The notes: generated from the sequence alone by a model not told the origin. A stretch of DNA of 64,000 nt from an uncultured Rivularia sp. (GCA_963665115.1 OY762007.1:3712001-3776000), one strand, 5' to 3'; positions 1 to 10,948 are shown, numbered from the stretch's first letter. Translations and numbers: made by a program.

Positions 1-654
1 TTCGGAGGGGTTAGAACGCTTGCGATCGATTAACTCGCGGATAAATTTTGATAAACGCGGCATATCCCAGAACAACGTGCGGAACAGGCTTAAGCCCGAA
101 AAACCATCCGTCATTGCCTTCATACCGTTGTAAAACCGAGGCATATCTTCATCCGATGCACCCACCATCTCGCTAATCACCGTAACGGGAATCGGCAATG
201 CATAAGCCTGCTTAAGATCCACCGTACCCTGTGGTTCTGCCTTATCAAGCAAATCGTTAGTTAATTGCTCAATTCGCCCTTCCATCTTTGCCAGTGTTTG
301 TCGCGTAAATGCCTGATGTACTAAATCCCGTAAGCGGCGATGATCCGGCTCATCTTCGGTAATCATGCTGTTTGCCATTAAAGACACCGACTTAGGTAAA
401 GGGAAAGGAAATCTACCTCCCCCCATCGCAGTGGTGCGATTGCGAACAAAACGCGGATCTTTGAGAAAATTAGCGCAGTCATCGTAGCGGGAAAGAAAAT
501 AAGCATCCATCATACCGACTTTACCCTTACAGACAGGATAATCTTCTCGCAGCAGCTTGTAATACTCGTATTTATTCTCTGTAAACTCTTTTGAACTTAC
601 ATTAATGGGTTCCTTGATTTCGATTTTGGTTTTTACTCGCTGTTCAATTATCAT
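1..654 (-). CDS. Cytochrome P450, N-terminal part (runs off the window edge)
   Basis: Not in the ORF track. Manual translation from ATG at 654 gives MIIEQRVK...LSRYDDCANFLKDPRF...MITEDEPDHRRLRDLVHQAFT...DLKQAYALPIPVTVISEMVG, typical bacterial P450 motifs; AAGGTGA RBS upstream. Confidence 0.9.
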   Translation of the reverse strand, partial: MIIEQRVKTKIEIKEPINVSSKEFTENKYEYYKLLREDYPVCKGKVGMMDAYFLSRYDDCANFLKDPRFVRNRTTAMGGGRFPFPLPKSVSLMANSMITEDEPDHRRLRDLVHQAFTRQTLAKMEGRIEQLTNDLLDKAEPQGTVDLKQAYALPIPVTVISEMVGASDEDMPRFYNGMKAMTDGFSGLSLFRTLFWDMPRLSKFIRELIDRKRSNPSE

Positions 655-791
655 TTTTACTCACCTTTATAGATCGCTCTAGAATGGACCATCTCTCTCT
701 ATTTCTTACCTCAGCGCCCTCAGCGTCTCTGCGTTTTTTTAATCAGTAATCTTGAGACAACATAGAAGTAGCACATCAGTATCTTGAAAAT

Positions 792-1451
792 TCAAACCGC
801 GATACTACCTTGAGACTGATTTCTAACTTCTTCCTCTAACTGCTCATTTCCTAAAACCAGCCCCAACTCGGAACGAATATCGCTAATCTGACGCGCCCAA
901 TTTTCTTCAAAGCGATATGCCAGAAGACATTTAGCTTGCTTACCGAGTACTTTTCCCCTGCGATTATCGGCAAGTATTTTGTTAATTTGAGTCGGTTTAA
1001 TTATCAAAAAAAGCAACAATATTATGGGATAAACTATATTCAGCATTTTGGTATAGTTTTGTCCGACAGTGAAGGCAAACACGCCCATTTCACCGGGATA
1101 GCTGGTGTCAAATCCTAACAAAATATGAAATATGTCGTGGGTAACGATGTATCGCAGTGCAAAGGGATTGCTGTCAGCTTCTTCCTGTAAATCTTCGCTG
1201 ATTTCTAACGGTTGAATCCTACATCTTTTCATATGGTGGGCGTATTCGTAGCCCAATGTTCCTTCGGGTAGCTGACTAAGTTGTTCGAGATTTATTTCGG
1301 GATAGTAGCCTACGAAGTTTTTGAGTTTCGCTTCAACTTTAGGATTTAAACCTATGCCGTATAACTCAGATTCGAGTAACCCAATGTCTCCAGCTTTTCC
1401 TTCTATGAAGTAGTTTTTGAATGCTTTGATGTAGCGTTTGATGGTAGCCAT
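792..1451 (-). CDS. Coq4-family protein (paralog 2)
   Basis: LPEGTLGYEY and HDIFHILLGF...GE (HDxxH-x11-E) motifs; start moved to MATIKR at 1451 by alignment to paralog 1. Confidence 0.85.
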   Translation of the reverse strand: MATIKRYIKAFKNYFIEGKAGDIGLLESELYGIGLNPKVEAKLKNFVGYYPEINLEQLSQLPEGTLGYEYAHHMKRCRIQPLEISEDLQEEADSNPFALRYIVTHDIFHILLGFDTSYPGEMGVFAFTVGQNYTKMLNIVYPIILLLFLIIKPTQINKILADNRRGKVLGKQAKCLLAYRFEENWARQISDIRSELGLVLGNEQLEEEVRNQSQGSIAV

Positions 1452-1485
1452 TTGTGACCTCTTATATAGTGTGGATAAATTAAAT

Positions 1486-2139
1486 TCAAGCAGTAACGGT
1501 TTCTGGGGACTGACTTCCAAATTCTTCTAACTCGTCTTCTAAAATCAGCCCCAATTCGGAACGAATATCACTAATTGGACGCGCCCAATTCTCTTCAAAA
1601 CGATATACCAAAAGACATTTAGCCTGTTTCCCTAATGCTTTTCCTCTGCGAACATTGGCACGCATATGCTTGGTTTGATTGATGAAGATAAGCGGATACA
1701 CAGATGTAATCAAAGGCTCGAATGCGTTTATTGTCTTGCTGTAGTTTTGAGCGATAGTGAATGCAAAAACGCCAATTTCACCTGCGTAACTAGTGTTAAA
1801 TCCTAAAAGTACGTGAAATATGTCATGGGTGACGGTATATCGCAATGCAAAAAGATGATTATGAGCTTCTTCTCGTAAATCTTGGCTAATTTCTAATGGT
1901 TGAATCCCGTTTTTCTGCATATGCTGGGAGTATTCGTAACCCAATGTTCCTTGGGGTAGCTGACTGAGTTGTTCAAGATCGATTGATTGATAGTAACCTG
2001 CGAAATCTTGCAGTTGAGTCAAAACTTCTGGGTTTGCACCTAATCCGAAAATTTCAAACTTGAGAAACGCAATGTCTCCTACTTCTCCTTTAGTGAAATA
2101 ATCTTTGATTGCTTTGATAAAACGTTTGATAGTAGCCAT
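1486..2139 (-). CDS. Coq4-family protein (paralog 1)
   Basis: LPQGTLGYEY and HDIFHVLLGF...GE motifs; clearly similar to 792-1451 (tandem duplication); GGAG RBS. Confidence 0.85.
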   Translation of the reverse strand: MATIKRFIKAIKDYFTKGEVGDIAFLKFEIFGLGANPEVLTQLQDFAGYYQSIDLEQLSQLPQGTLGYEYSQHMQKNGIQPLEISQDLREEAHNHLFALRYTVTHDIFHVLLGFNTSYAGEIGVFAFTIAQNYSKTINAFEPLITSVYPLIFINQTKHMRANVRRGKALGKQAKCLLVYRFEENWARPISDIRSELGLILEDELEEFGSQSPETVTA

Positions 2140-2257
2140 AATGGCAAAACTCCTATGAATATTACTAATAAAGCGGTATTAAGTGTTTAAGCTTGACATC
2201 GCAGGCGATCGTTTTCCTATTTGGTATTAAAATTGCCTTGAGCGGAAGTTATTTTTT

Positions 2258-2319
2258 GTGACTGACACGTCATGTGACTTTATAGTCATAGTGTATAAAC
2301 AAGATTCCCTAGATGTCAA
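2258..2319 (-). promoter_or_regulatory. Sigma70-type promoter with two tandem TetR-type operators for the coq4-coq4-P450 unit
   Basis: Minus strand TTGACA (2319-2314), 18 nt, TACACT, followed by palindromes GTGACTGACACGTCAT (2258-2273) and GTGACTTTATAGTCAT (2274-2289). Confidence 0.75.
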
Positions 2320-2503
2320 CCTATCTTAGGTTTTGCTTAGGATGTAACTATTTACTTAGGCTTAAATTCGCTTGCCTCTATCTTTGGAGATAAGAGTAAA
2401 AATTTTTAGATTAAATTAGCAGAGGTTATAAAAATAGCCCCAGGGTTAGATTCTGGGGCGTTTTTGTTGAGGAGTTAGGATTGTTTTTGGATTTGTTCAT
2501 ATT

Positions 2504-2668
2504 TTGCACCATTTTCAAAACCGTTAGGGAATGCAATTCCCTAGCTAATAGCCTTCATTCCTCTGAAGAGGGCTATGTAAGATTTTCAGTCTACTTCAGT
2601 AGACTTGGGCTATTAGTCTCGGAATTGATTCCGAGGCGAGGGTGAAGGCATAAATGATAATGGTGCAA
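2504..2668. mobile_element. MITE-like / small dispersed repeat, TTGCAC...GTGCAA terminal inverted repeat family
   Basis: TTGCACCATT...AATGGTGCAA ends with internal hairpins; related ends at 9089-9200, 12772-12829, 53891-53947. Confidence 0.6.
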
Positions 2669-2921
2669 GAAGTTAATATTACCGAAAAAATTCGTTTGAA
2701 TTATATTCTGTAGCCTTGCATTTCTGCAACTGGATTATTACGAAACATTTTCACCTTCATGTCTTAAATATATATACAGAAAAGTGCAATTAAATAGTGA
2801 TATGGTGCGTTAGGTCAAACCCATAACACACCCTACTCGTAAATTAGGCAAAATTTATATTTATTAATAATTAAGGTTAGTGAGATTTTGATTATTTAAA
2901 CAATATTGACTAACGATATTT

Positions 2922-3581
2922 TTACTTTTTACTACTCATACCTGTTTCTAAAACTTTCACCAAATCATCAAAAATCTTTTCAACTACCTGCATATCAATG
3001 TCCAAAGGTTCTTGTTTAGCTAACTTTTGGGGATCGATATTCAATTGCCCAAGAATAAATTTTCCTAACTCATTACCTAACAAAGTGCTGACAACGAATG
3101 CTGCTAAATCAGGGGAAATATTGCTGTTGATATCTCCTTGAGCTATCCCTTGATTAACTAATTCTTTTACATATTCTAATGAAATCTCTTGAGTACGTTT
3201 AACAGCTTCATCGCGAAACGGTAAATTGCCATATACAGCCCCGTTAATGATCCGGCTAATTTTGGGATGTGCTAAATCAAACTGAGCGCTTGCTCCAAGC
3301 AACCAGCGTAAATAACGGAAAAACCCTTGCTGTAATTCTGGTGGATCTGTACTGCGTAAAAAAGCAATCCTTTCCTGACTCGCTAATTCAACAAGATGCA
3401 AATAAAGGTCTTTTTTGTCCTGAAAATATTGATAAAAGCTACCTTTAGCAATCTTCGCATCCGCAACAATCCGGGAAATCGACGCGCTGTTATAGTCATA
3501 AGTTGCAAATTCGGCGATCGCAACTTCAGTCAGTTTTTTCCTTTTGTTCTCCGGCAGGTTAAAGAAGGTTTGATTCGGCAT
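2922..3581 (-). CDS. TetR/AcrR family transcriptional regulator
   Basis: N-terminal HTH AIAEFATYDYNSASISRIVADAKIAKGSFYQYFQDK. Confidence 0.92.
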   Translation of the reverse strand: MPNQTFFNLPENKRKKLTEVAIAEFATYDYNSASISRIVADAKIAKGSFYQYFQDKKDLYLHLVELASQERIAFLRSTDPPELQQGFFRYLRWLLGASAQFDLAHPKISRIINGAVYGNLPFRDEAVKRTQEISLEYVKELVNQGIAQGDINSNISPDLAAFVVSTLLGNELGKFILGQLNIDPQKLAKQEPLDIDMQVVEKIFDDLVKVLETGMSSKK

Positions 3582-3611
3582 AACGGCGGCAATTCAACTC
3601 TTTTATCTATA

Positions 3612-3671
3612 GTGACTATTTAGTCATGTGACCTTTTAGTCACTATATTGGTAAATGCCTCATACTGTCAA
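3612..3671 (-). promoter_or_regulatory. tetR promoter with two tandem operators (probable autoregulation)
   Basis: TTGACA (3671-3666), 18 nt, TATAGT; palindromes GTGACTATTTAGTCAT (3612-3627) and GTGACCTTTTAGTCAC (3628-3643). Confidence 0.8.
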
Positions 3672-3820
3672 CCATTCTTGAGATAGAGAACGCTTTATGT
3701 AGTTAATCTTTCTTAGGATGGGAGGAGGGGGTAGAGGGGGAGAAGAATTATTCATTTACTACTTACTCCTAACTCTTCCAATTACCAATTACCAATTCTC
3801 AATGCCCAATGCCTAATTAC

Positions 3821-5566
3821 TTAATTCAAAGTGCGCTCATAAATCACATTGCCTTGAGCATCGTAAACAGTAAGGGGGACATCGGCGTTATCGCTGATTG
3901 CTTCTAAAGCTTGCTGTAAGGTTTGCAAGTGATTATTTACGCCATCAATAATACTAGTATCTCTTTGAGTGCTGGCTTCTATTAAACTATCTTGCAGGCT
4001 TTGCTCGTAGGCGGGACTTATCCGCACGGTAATTCCTTGACTACCCATGATGTAAGTACAAACGGGAATTTCGTCGGAACAGGTTCGCTCTAAATCGGAA
4101 CGGGTTTTTTGTATTCGGGTGGCAACTCGTAATTTTTCTCGCGCTTGTTGGAGAGATACAGTTGCTGGTGCAATTAATTTCTCAGCTTCGACGCTATAAA
4201 GACTGCTAGTAGCAATTTGTCTGGCCGAACTTAATGCTGTTTGCCAATTTCCAACTGCTGCCGTCCACTGGTTTTGTCGTTCGTAACGTTTGGCAAGGGA
4301 TACGGCGTTGACTGCTTGTCTATAGGTTTTGGCTGCCATCAATTCTCTTGTGTTGCGATTCTTTACTGCTAATAATCGGGGTTTATATTCGGATATCAGT
4401 TTTTGTGCGTCGGAATATGCCGGACTTTTGGCAGGAATCGAGATTAATGCATTTACAGCTACTTGCCAAGTTGCTTCAACTTTTTGCCAGTTTTCTAAAG
4501 TGTTGGCGGTTGCTTGTCGTTTTTCGGCGACGATAGCCACAGCTTTAGCTGAAGTGATTCTTCTTGTATATTTATCTTCTTTCTGCAATAGAGCATTGAC
4601 TGCTTGTAAGCTAGCACGGTAGCTGGCAATTTTTTCTTGTGCTAATTGGTAAAGTTCGCGATCGCGATCGATTGCTTCTAAAGGTGAAATTGCTTGTCGC
4701 CACAATCGTCGTCTATCTTGTAATTGTTTTAAGTTTAAGGCAGGAGTTTTGCTTTTTTGCTCGGCTATCTGGGCTGCTTGAAAAGCTGTAAATACCTGCT
4801 GAATTTCTTCTGACTTTTGGGACAAGCTGAGAGAAAGTTGTTGCGATTGTTGGGAATAAGGGGATAAACCGGGAATTTGACGTAAATTTATTCTTGCTAA
4901 ATCAATTTTACGTTGTAATCGAGCTAAATCTTGGTCTGAGTTGATTTGATCGACTAATTCTCCATAAGAACTATTTAGATACTGTGCGGTTTTTAGTTGA
5001 TTGCACTTGGTTATCAAACAAGGGCGAGTTGCAACGTATGCACCACCTAAAGTTGCTGAAACTATTACCCCAATAACAGCAAGCACCATTAGTTTGATAT
5101 TAAAACTTGCTGGCTTTGGTTGTGGATTATCAGGTAAACCAGGTATTTCAACCAGATTAGATGAATCCGAATCAACTTCCGAAATCGGCGAATAAGTCAA
5201 AGCTGAAGAATCGGGTACAGAAAAATCCTCCTCTACTTGCTTGATATTTTCACCATCGTAGTGTTTTTCCAGAGTTAAGGAACGTTTAGCGTAAGGAAGC
5301 TTGACTCCAACTACTCGTAAGAAAATATCTATTTTTTCTTGTTGGTACTCGCGGGAATTATTAGAAAGCGCTTCTTTAAGAACTGTAAAAATATTTTCGG
5401 TATCGACTGCCACACCCTGGGGGTGCTGAGCTAAAATCATTAGCTGGTAATTTTTTACAGCACACCGAACCTCAAAAAATTCTCCAGATGGAACGTCTGC
5501 ACGCAAGTGTTCCTGCAAATTATTCGCTAAAAGTTGTAAATTATCCGCACGAGTCGCTACTGTCAT
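3821..5566 (-). CDS. Hypothetical single-pass membrane protein with long helical-repeat C-terminal region
   Basis: 581 aa ORF; one TM segment (LMVLAVIGVIVSATLGGAYVA); repeated W..A...L..I helical motifs. Confidence 0.75.
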   Translation of the reverse strand: MTVATRADNLQLLANNLQEHLRADVPSGEFFEVRCAVKNYQLMILAQHPQGVAVDTENIFTVLKEALSNNSREYQQEKIDIFLRVVGVKLPYAKRSLTLEKHYDGENIKQVEEDFSVPDSSALTYSPISEVDSDSSNLVEIPGLPDNPQPKPASFNIKLMVLAVIGVIVSATLGGAYVATRPCLITKCNQLKTAQYLNSSYGELVDQINSDQDLARLQRKIDLARINLRQIPGLSPYSQQSQQLSLSLSQKSEEIQQVFTAFQAAQIAEQKSKTPALNLKQLQDRRRLWRQAISPLEAIDRDRELYQLAQEKIASYRASLQAVNALLQKEDKYTRRITSAKAVAIVAEKRQATANTLENWQKVEATWQVAVNALISIPAKSPAYSDAQKLISEYKPRLLAVKNRNTRELMAAKTYRQAVNAVSLAKRYERQNQWTAAVGNWQTALSSARQIATSSLYSVEAEKLIAPATVSLQQAREKLRVATRIQKTRSDLERTCSDEIPVCTYIMGSQGITVRISPAYEQSLQDSLIEASTQRDTSIIDGVNNHLQTLQQALEAISDNADVPLTVYDAQGNVIYERTLN

Positions 5567-6281
5567 AAAGCCCTGTTCCGTTCCGTATATTTTCAGAGAT
5601 TAAAGTATATTCAAGTGAGCCAAACTAATTTTTGATTAACTAGTTACAATATAAAATCCGAACGTACATTTTTTTAACACAACAAATGAGTTTTTACAAA
5701 AAGTCTCAATCTGCAAGTAAATTTATATTTATAAGTAATTCTAAGCATAACGACCTCGATTTTGATTGCAGGGTAAATACGTAATTATCTAATTTTTGTC
5801 GAAAATTATTAACCTGATAATTTTTTTTCTATGGATATGATAATTTTTGGCTCAATAGTGGGAAACATAAGATTTTTAACGTATCGCGATCGCAGCATAA
5901 ATTGTTTCAAAATTAACTAATAACTAGCAGAAGCAATTGAATTTATTCTCGATTGTTTACCTCTGTTTTTTAGGGGTGTTCACCGAAATACTTTGTACAT
6001 CAGATGTATCGCCACTCGGTAGCGGAAATTGCTGAGAATAAAAAGTGTAAGCATTTTTACTGATAATATGAATTACCTCATATAAAGTAATAAGATCGGA
6101 GAATGGCTTTTTTATTTACCACTACTACGCTATTGGATAAAATTAGTAACAGAAAATAACTGGTTTTTAACAGCTTGTTTTTAACGGCTTTAAATCGAAG
6201 ATTGATTATTAAGGTGCTTGCTAGATGTTTTAGACAGCACCGCAGTAATCCTCCACAAGTTGCAACAAAAGGTGTGTGTCA

Positions 6282-7508
6282 ATGGAATTATTAGAGTATC
6301 AAGTAAAAGAATGGTTTGGAAAAATAGGTATTCCTGTATTACCTTCCCAAACAATTGACCATCCCACCGACTTAAAACGTTTGAAAATCAAGTACCCAAT
6401 TGTTTTGAAGTCTCAAATTTACGGAGGAGGACGCGCAAAAGTCGGTGGTGTAAGGTTTGTAGAAACCACAATCGATGCGATCGCCACCGCGCAAAATATT
6501 TTTAATCAGGCGATTTATGGGGAACTACCCGAAGTGTTGCTGGCAGAAACAAAATATAACATTGAGCAAGAGTTATATTTAGCTATTGTTTTAGATACTG
6601 CTGTATGTCGTCCGATTTTGCTGGGTTGCAATGAAGCGGATATCGATTGGGAAGAAGCTGGGGAGAAAATGCAGCACGTTGTGGTAGAGGAACAATTTTC
6701 TCCTTTTTACGCTCGGAGACTGGCCTTAAAGATGGGTTTGCAAGGTGCCTTGATGCAGTCTGTAAGCAAGGTGATCGAAAATATGTACCGATTATTTGTA
6801 GAGAAAGACCTGGATTTGGTAGAGATTAATCCATTGGGGGTAAATTCTTCGGGACAGGTAATGGCTTTGAATGGAAACGTCAGTATCAATGAAAGAGCAG
6901 TTCTTCGTCATCAAGAGATTGCTGTAATTGCTCGCAAAATAGTTAGCCGTAACATATCGAAAGATACAAATGGCAAATTAGGCAAATGGGATGGGATAGA
7001 AATGAATGGTAGGATAGGCGTTTTGGGAAACGGCGCTGGTTCCGTCATGGCGACTTTAGACTTGGTTGTAAGCAATGGTGGCAAACCTGGAGTATGCCTT
7101 AATTTGCGACACGCATTTCTAACCGATACTACGCCAACTACTTTTAATACTCGTTTTGAAAAAGCTTTACAAATTTTAGCTGCCGATCGAAGTATTCAAG
7201 TGATACTGATTAACTTTTTGGGTAGTATTCCTCAAGCAGGAGAGGTTGCAGAGGTAATTGGAAACTTTATTCAAGAGCAATCGGGTTCTAGTTCGGAAGA
7301 GTTTGTTTCAAATAGTACTAGAAATCGTCGGGGAGGCTTTTCTACTCCTAGATTAGTTATTCGTTTGGCTGGTTCCGATTTAGATACAGCTAAAAAATAC
7401 CTATCAGATTTAGAAAATTTTGGAGATAATTCTATATTGCTAGTAGAAAGTTTAGATGAGGCAGTCGCACAAGCAGTTAAGTTGACAAAAACTAAGACTA
7501 AAAAATAA
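6282..7508 (+). CDS. sucC: Succinyl-CoA synthetase beta-like subunit (divergent ATP-grasp protein)
   Basis: MELLEYQVKE, KSQIYGGGRAKVGGV, LVEINPL, GNGAG...MATLD motifs; several canonical residues altered; start may be ATG 6282 or GTG 6276. Confidence 0.85.
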   Translation: MELLEYQVKEWFGKIGIPVLPSQTIDHPTDLKRLKIKYPIVLKSQIYGGGRAKVGGVRFVETTIDAIATAQNIFNQAIYGELPEVLLAETKYNIEQELYLAIVLDTAVCRPILLGCNEADIDWEEAGEKMQHVVVEEQFSPFYARRLALKMGLQGALMQSVSKVIENMYRLFVEKDLDLVEINPLGVNSSGQVMALNGNVSINERAVLRHQEIAVIARKIVSRNISKDTNGKLGKWDGIEMNGRIGVLGNGAGSVMATLDLVVSNGGKPGVCLNLRHAFLTDTTPTTFNTRFEKALQILAADRSIQVILINFLGSIPQAGEVAEVIGNFIQEQSGSSSEEFVSNSTRNRRGGFSTPRLVIRLAGSDLDTAKKYLSDLENFGDNSILLVESLDEAVAQAVKLTKTKTKK

Positions 7509-8143
7509 TAACAATATCATAAAAACAGGTGTTTTTTATATATTGAAGTATATTGGTCTAAAAGTTTATTCTTTTTAACATCAGCGGCCTTCTTTAATCG
7601 TTACCGAAGTCCATTTAGCAAGGTATGATTTTTGTAGGCATAAATAATTCTTTGCTTATTTATATAAGCAGAGAATAAATACAATGGGCTTTATGTTTAA
7701 TCGCAAATTGATCGAGCGATAAAGCTAAATTTATTAATTTGTAAGTAACTAAAATCGCACTTGTAACCGAAAACTTTTATGACATAAATCCTTAGAGATG
7801 CTTCCTCCAAGAACAACCCAAAAGCTTTCTTAAATATGTTCTCACACAGAAGCTGAATGTTGACACGGTTAGCTTAAAGCTTGGTAATACTCACTCAAAG
7901 ATAAAACTTTGAATACTTAACTGTAAAAATAGAAGTTTAATCTCTCGACCATTTTATCTTAACCTATATGTTCTTTTTCTTTTTTTGAAAATTTCAGTTT
8001 GCTTTTATCTCAACTTATTTGCGATACGCTTTCACGAACTGTTCTCTGAAAGGTAGAGCGTATGACAAATTAGATAAAACCGTGTTTTCGTTTTTATTAA
8101 TGACTTCAAAGGCTAAGTCCTCCTTAAAATTTTATGCTTTTTT

Positions 8144-9025
8144 ATGAATTTAACGCCAGATAGTAAAGTAATCGTTCAAGGCTTCAGCGAGTTTATTTCA
8201 GAAACTCACATTTCTCAAATGAAAGCATACGGTACAAACTTAATTGCAGGAGTTGAACCGGGATGTGGGGGAAGCAAGCAGTATGGTTTGCCAGTATTTG
8301 ATTTAGTTGAAGAAGTAGTAAAGAAATTCGGGGTTATCCATACCACAATAATTTGCGTGCATCCTTATCAAGTATTAGATGCAGCATTGGAAGCAATGGG
8401 TTCTGGTATAGGTCAAATTATTATCATCTCTCCTGGAGTACCCCCATTAGACATGGTAAATTTATTTCGCCGTGCCGAAGCCGAAGAAACTATTATCGTA
8501 GGGCCAAATAGCCCAGGGATTATTGTACCGGGGAAAATTTTGTTAGGTACTCATCCAAGCGAATTTTATCAACCGGGAGAGGTAGGAATAGTTAGTCGCA
8601 GCACTACATTAACCTATGAAATTGCTTGGGAATTAACACAAGTTGGTTTGGGGCAATCAATTAGTGTAAGCATTGGTAGTGATGGAATTGTGGGTTCTTC
8701 GTTTATCCAGTGGCTGCAAATTTTGGATGAAGACGAAAATACTCAAGCCATAGTTTTAGTTGGGCAACCTGGTGGAGGGCGTGAAGAAGCCGCAGCAGGC
8801 TATATATCCGAGATGATTGATAAACCAGTGATTGCTTACATTGCTGGAGTACACGCTCCACCAGCAAAACATTGGCGACAAACAGGTACATTAGCAGCAG
8901 TGATCGGACGAGATCCAGAGTTTGGGACTGCAAAAAGTAAACTAGAAGCTTTTAAGGAAGCGAAAATACCTGTAGCGCAACGCCCTTCTCAAGTTGCAGA
9001 ATTAGTTAAGAAGGTGCTGCATTGA
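8144..9025 (+). CDS. sucD: Succinyl-CoA synthetase alpha-like subunit (CoA-binding; canonical phospho-His motif absent)
   Basis: KVIVQG, YGTNLIAGVEPG, IVGPNSPG, GIVSRSTTLTYE, KPVIAYIAG; MGHAG replaced by WRQTG. Confidence 0.85.
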   Translation: MNLTPDSKVIVQGFSEFISETHISQMKAYGTNLIAGVEPGCGGSKQYGLPVFDLVEEVVKKFGVIHTTIICVHPYQVLDAALEAMGSGIGQIIIISPGVPPLDMVNLFRRAEAEETIIVGPNSPGIIVPGKILLGTHPSEFYQPGEVGIVSRSTTLTYEIAWELTQVGLGQSISVSIGSDGIVGSSFIQWLQILDEDENTQAIVLVGQPGGGREEAAAGYISEMIDKPVIAYIAGVHAPPAKHWRQTGTLAAVIGRDPEFGTAKSKLEAFKEAKIPVAQRPSQVAELVKKVLH

Positions 9026-9088
9026 GAGTTAGGAGTGGGAGTAGGGAGTAGGGAGTTAGGAGTAACTCCTAAATTTTGTTTTACTCAC

Positions 9089-9200
9089 ATCTTGCACCAG
9101 TTTCCGCAAACCCGGTTTCTTTTTGTGAAAACATGAATATTTCGTTATGAAATCAACAAGAAACCGGGTTTCTTTGGGCTTCTTGAGAATGGTGCAAGAT
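9089..9200. mobile_element. MITE-like repeat (ATCTTGCACCA...TGGTGCAAGAT)
   Basis: 11-bp perfect terminal inverted repeat; internal AAACCCGGTTTC/GAAACCGGGTTT pair. Confidence 0.65.
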
Positions 9201-9250
9201 ATCAGGTTTTATAAAATTTAGCTGCACATCAACTGATTAATTGCTGCTCA

Positions 9251-10948
9251 CTACTTACTGTTTGCAAATAGTGCTTTAGTTGCAGATTCACCTGCCGATT
9301 TAACTTGCTTTACTAAATACCAATTCAACAGTGCTGCAATAGCTAATTGGCAAAGGAATACAGGAAAAACTGTGCTAACAGTAGAATGCTTTATACCGTA
9401 CCAAAAACCACTTGTAAATAACCATAAGAGGTTGCTTATATTATCTTCCCTTGATGCATAAACATTTAGAATCGATAAAATAAACACCGGTATAATTATT
9501 GCTGCACCAGTTGTTCCCATTGCCCATAAATTACGTTTTGAGTTTTTCAACATCAACATAATTTGAGCAGTTGTAGCGTAAATTATTGTCGAACTGATAA
9601 ACAATAACACGCCCAAACATCCAATAATTTGGTAGTTATCCTTGAAAACATTCGTCTCTACATTCAGAATCAGAACAAAAAAGGCGCTTGCAGCAATTAA
9701 TAAGTTGATGGCAATTGCTAAAATAGCCGGACTTTTTTCACCTGCAATCAATTCTGAAAGCAAAGATTTATTAACTGAATCGGCACTATTTGCAACTTTC
9801 TGATACCTAAACCTTGCCCAATCTTGTACGGCTTGTCTGGGAGGTAAAATGATTGCGAATAATCCGATAAACAGTAACAAATTCCATGCGTATAAACCTT
9901 GAACGATACGAAATAAACTGTGTCTACCTGTATAATTCTCTGACAGCAAAAATCCTGAAATAATTATTTCAAAATTTGTGACAATCAAGTAACTTTGCTG
10001 TTTGCTGAAAATAGTAGCATTAGGATTACGAAAACAACGTTTTAATCCTTGCCAAGCCCAATAAGTCCAAATAGCATAATTTAACAAATGTATTGCTACC
10101 AGAGCCACAATATTTTTTCCTAAAGGCAAACTAAAAAACTTTAATTTTTCTAGTTCTGGAATACCTTTATAGAATAAATTAGGAAATAAATAATCTGTTA
10201 TGCTCAGGGGACTAAATAATCGAAAAAAGGCAGTACTCTCTTCATATTGACTGCTCTGATTCATTGCTACTGTAATCATTAAAAACAGCAAAACTAAACC
10301 GCTGGCTAGCCAAGGTTTAAAACCACTAAGCGCCGAGCCACCAAATATACCGAATAGCAGAGCAATACTATAAAAGCAAATACAGCTAGCAGTAAGTATT
10401 AAGTAGAAGCATGAGATATGGCTCAAAGCAATATTTGCCAATTTTCCAGTAACAACATGAAAAGGAATTGCTGCAAGAACTACCAGATAAATTAAAACTG
10501 GAACTCCGATCAGTTTTCCGGTAAAAATACTTATTTCCGATTGCGGGCTAAGACGAATAAAATTCAGCGTACCTCGACGTTCTTCTTGCGATAAATCGTT
10601 AACTATTAAATAAGTTCCTGCTACTAACAGTGTAAAAATTAAAATTACACTAAGAGATAGAAACATATATTCCCAATGATCTCGCCACCACAATTGCATA
10701 TCAATTTGATCTGTAGGGCAATATCTCAACTCTGGATTTAATTTTCTTAAATTTCTTACCTTGCAATATTTACTGTAAGTTCTAAAATTATCACCAGGAA
10801 ATTCTCGCAACTGATATAGAAATATGACCAATTGAGTAGCTAGAGATGTAGCTAAAGCAATAAGAACTGGAAACGGTTTTAAACGACCTTTTAATTCCCT
10901 GAAAAGTTGTGGATTCCAATCACCAATTTTATCAATGTAACTAAGCAT
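9251..10948 (-). CDS. ABC-2-type permease-like multi-pass membrane protein
   Basis: WNPQLFRELKGR start, EERRGTLNFIRLSPQ...GKLIG motif, more than 10 hydrophobic segments. Confidence 0.8.
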   Translation of the reverse strand: MLSYIDKIGDWNPQLFRELKGRLKPFPVLIALATSLATQLVIFLYQLREFPGDNFRTYSKYCKVRNLRKLNPELRYCPTDQIDMQLWWRDHWEYMFLSLSVILIFTLLVAGTYLIVNDLSQEERRGTLNFIRLSPQSEISIFTGKLIGVPVLIYLVVLAAIPFHVVTGKLANIALSHISCFYLILTASCICFYSIALLFGIFGGSALSGFKPWLASGLVLLFLMITVAMNQSSQYEESTAFFRLFSPLSITDYLFPNLFYKGIPELEKLKFFSLPLGKNIVALVAIHLLNYAIWTYWAWQGLKRCFRNPNATIFSKQQSYLIVTNFEIIISGFLLSENYTGRHSLFRIVQGLYAWNLLLFIGLFAIILPPRQAVQDWARFRYQKVANSADSVNKSLLSELIAGEKSPAILAIAINLLIAASAFFVLILNVETNVFKDNYQIIGCLGVLLFISSTIIYATTAQIMLMLKNSKRNLWAMGTTGAAIIIPVFILSILNVYASREDNISNLLWLFTSGFWYGIKHSTVSTVFPVFLCQLAIAALLNWYLVKQVKSAGESATKALFANSK

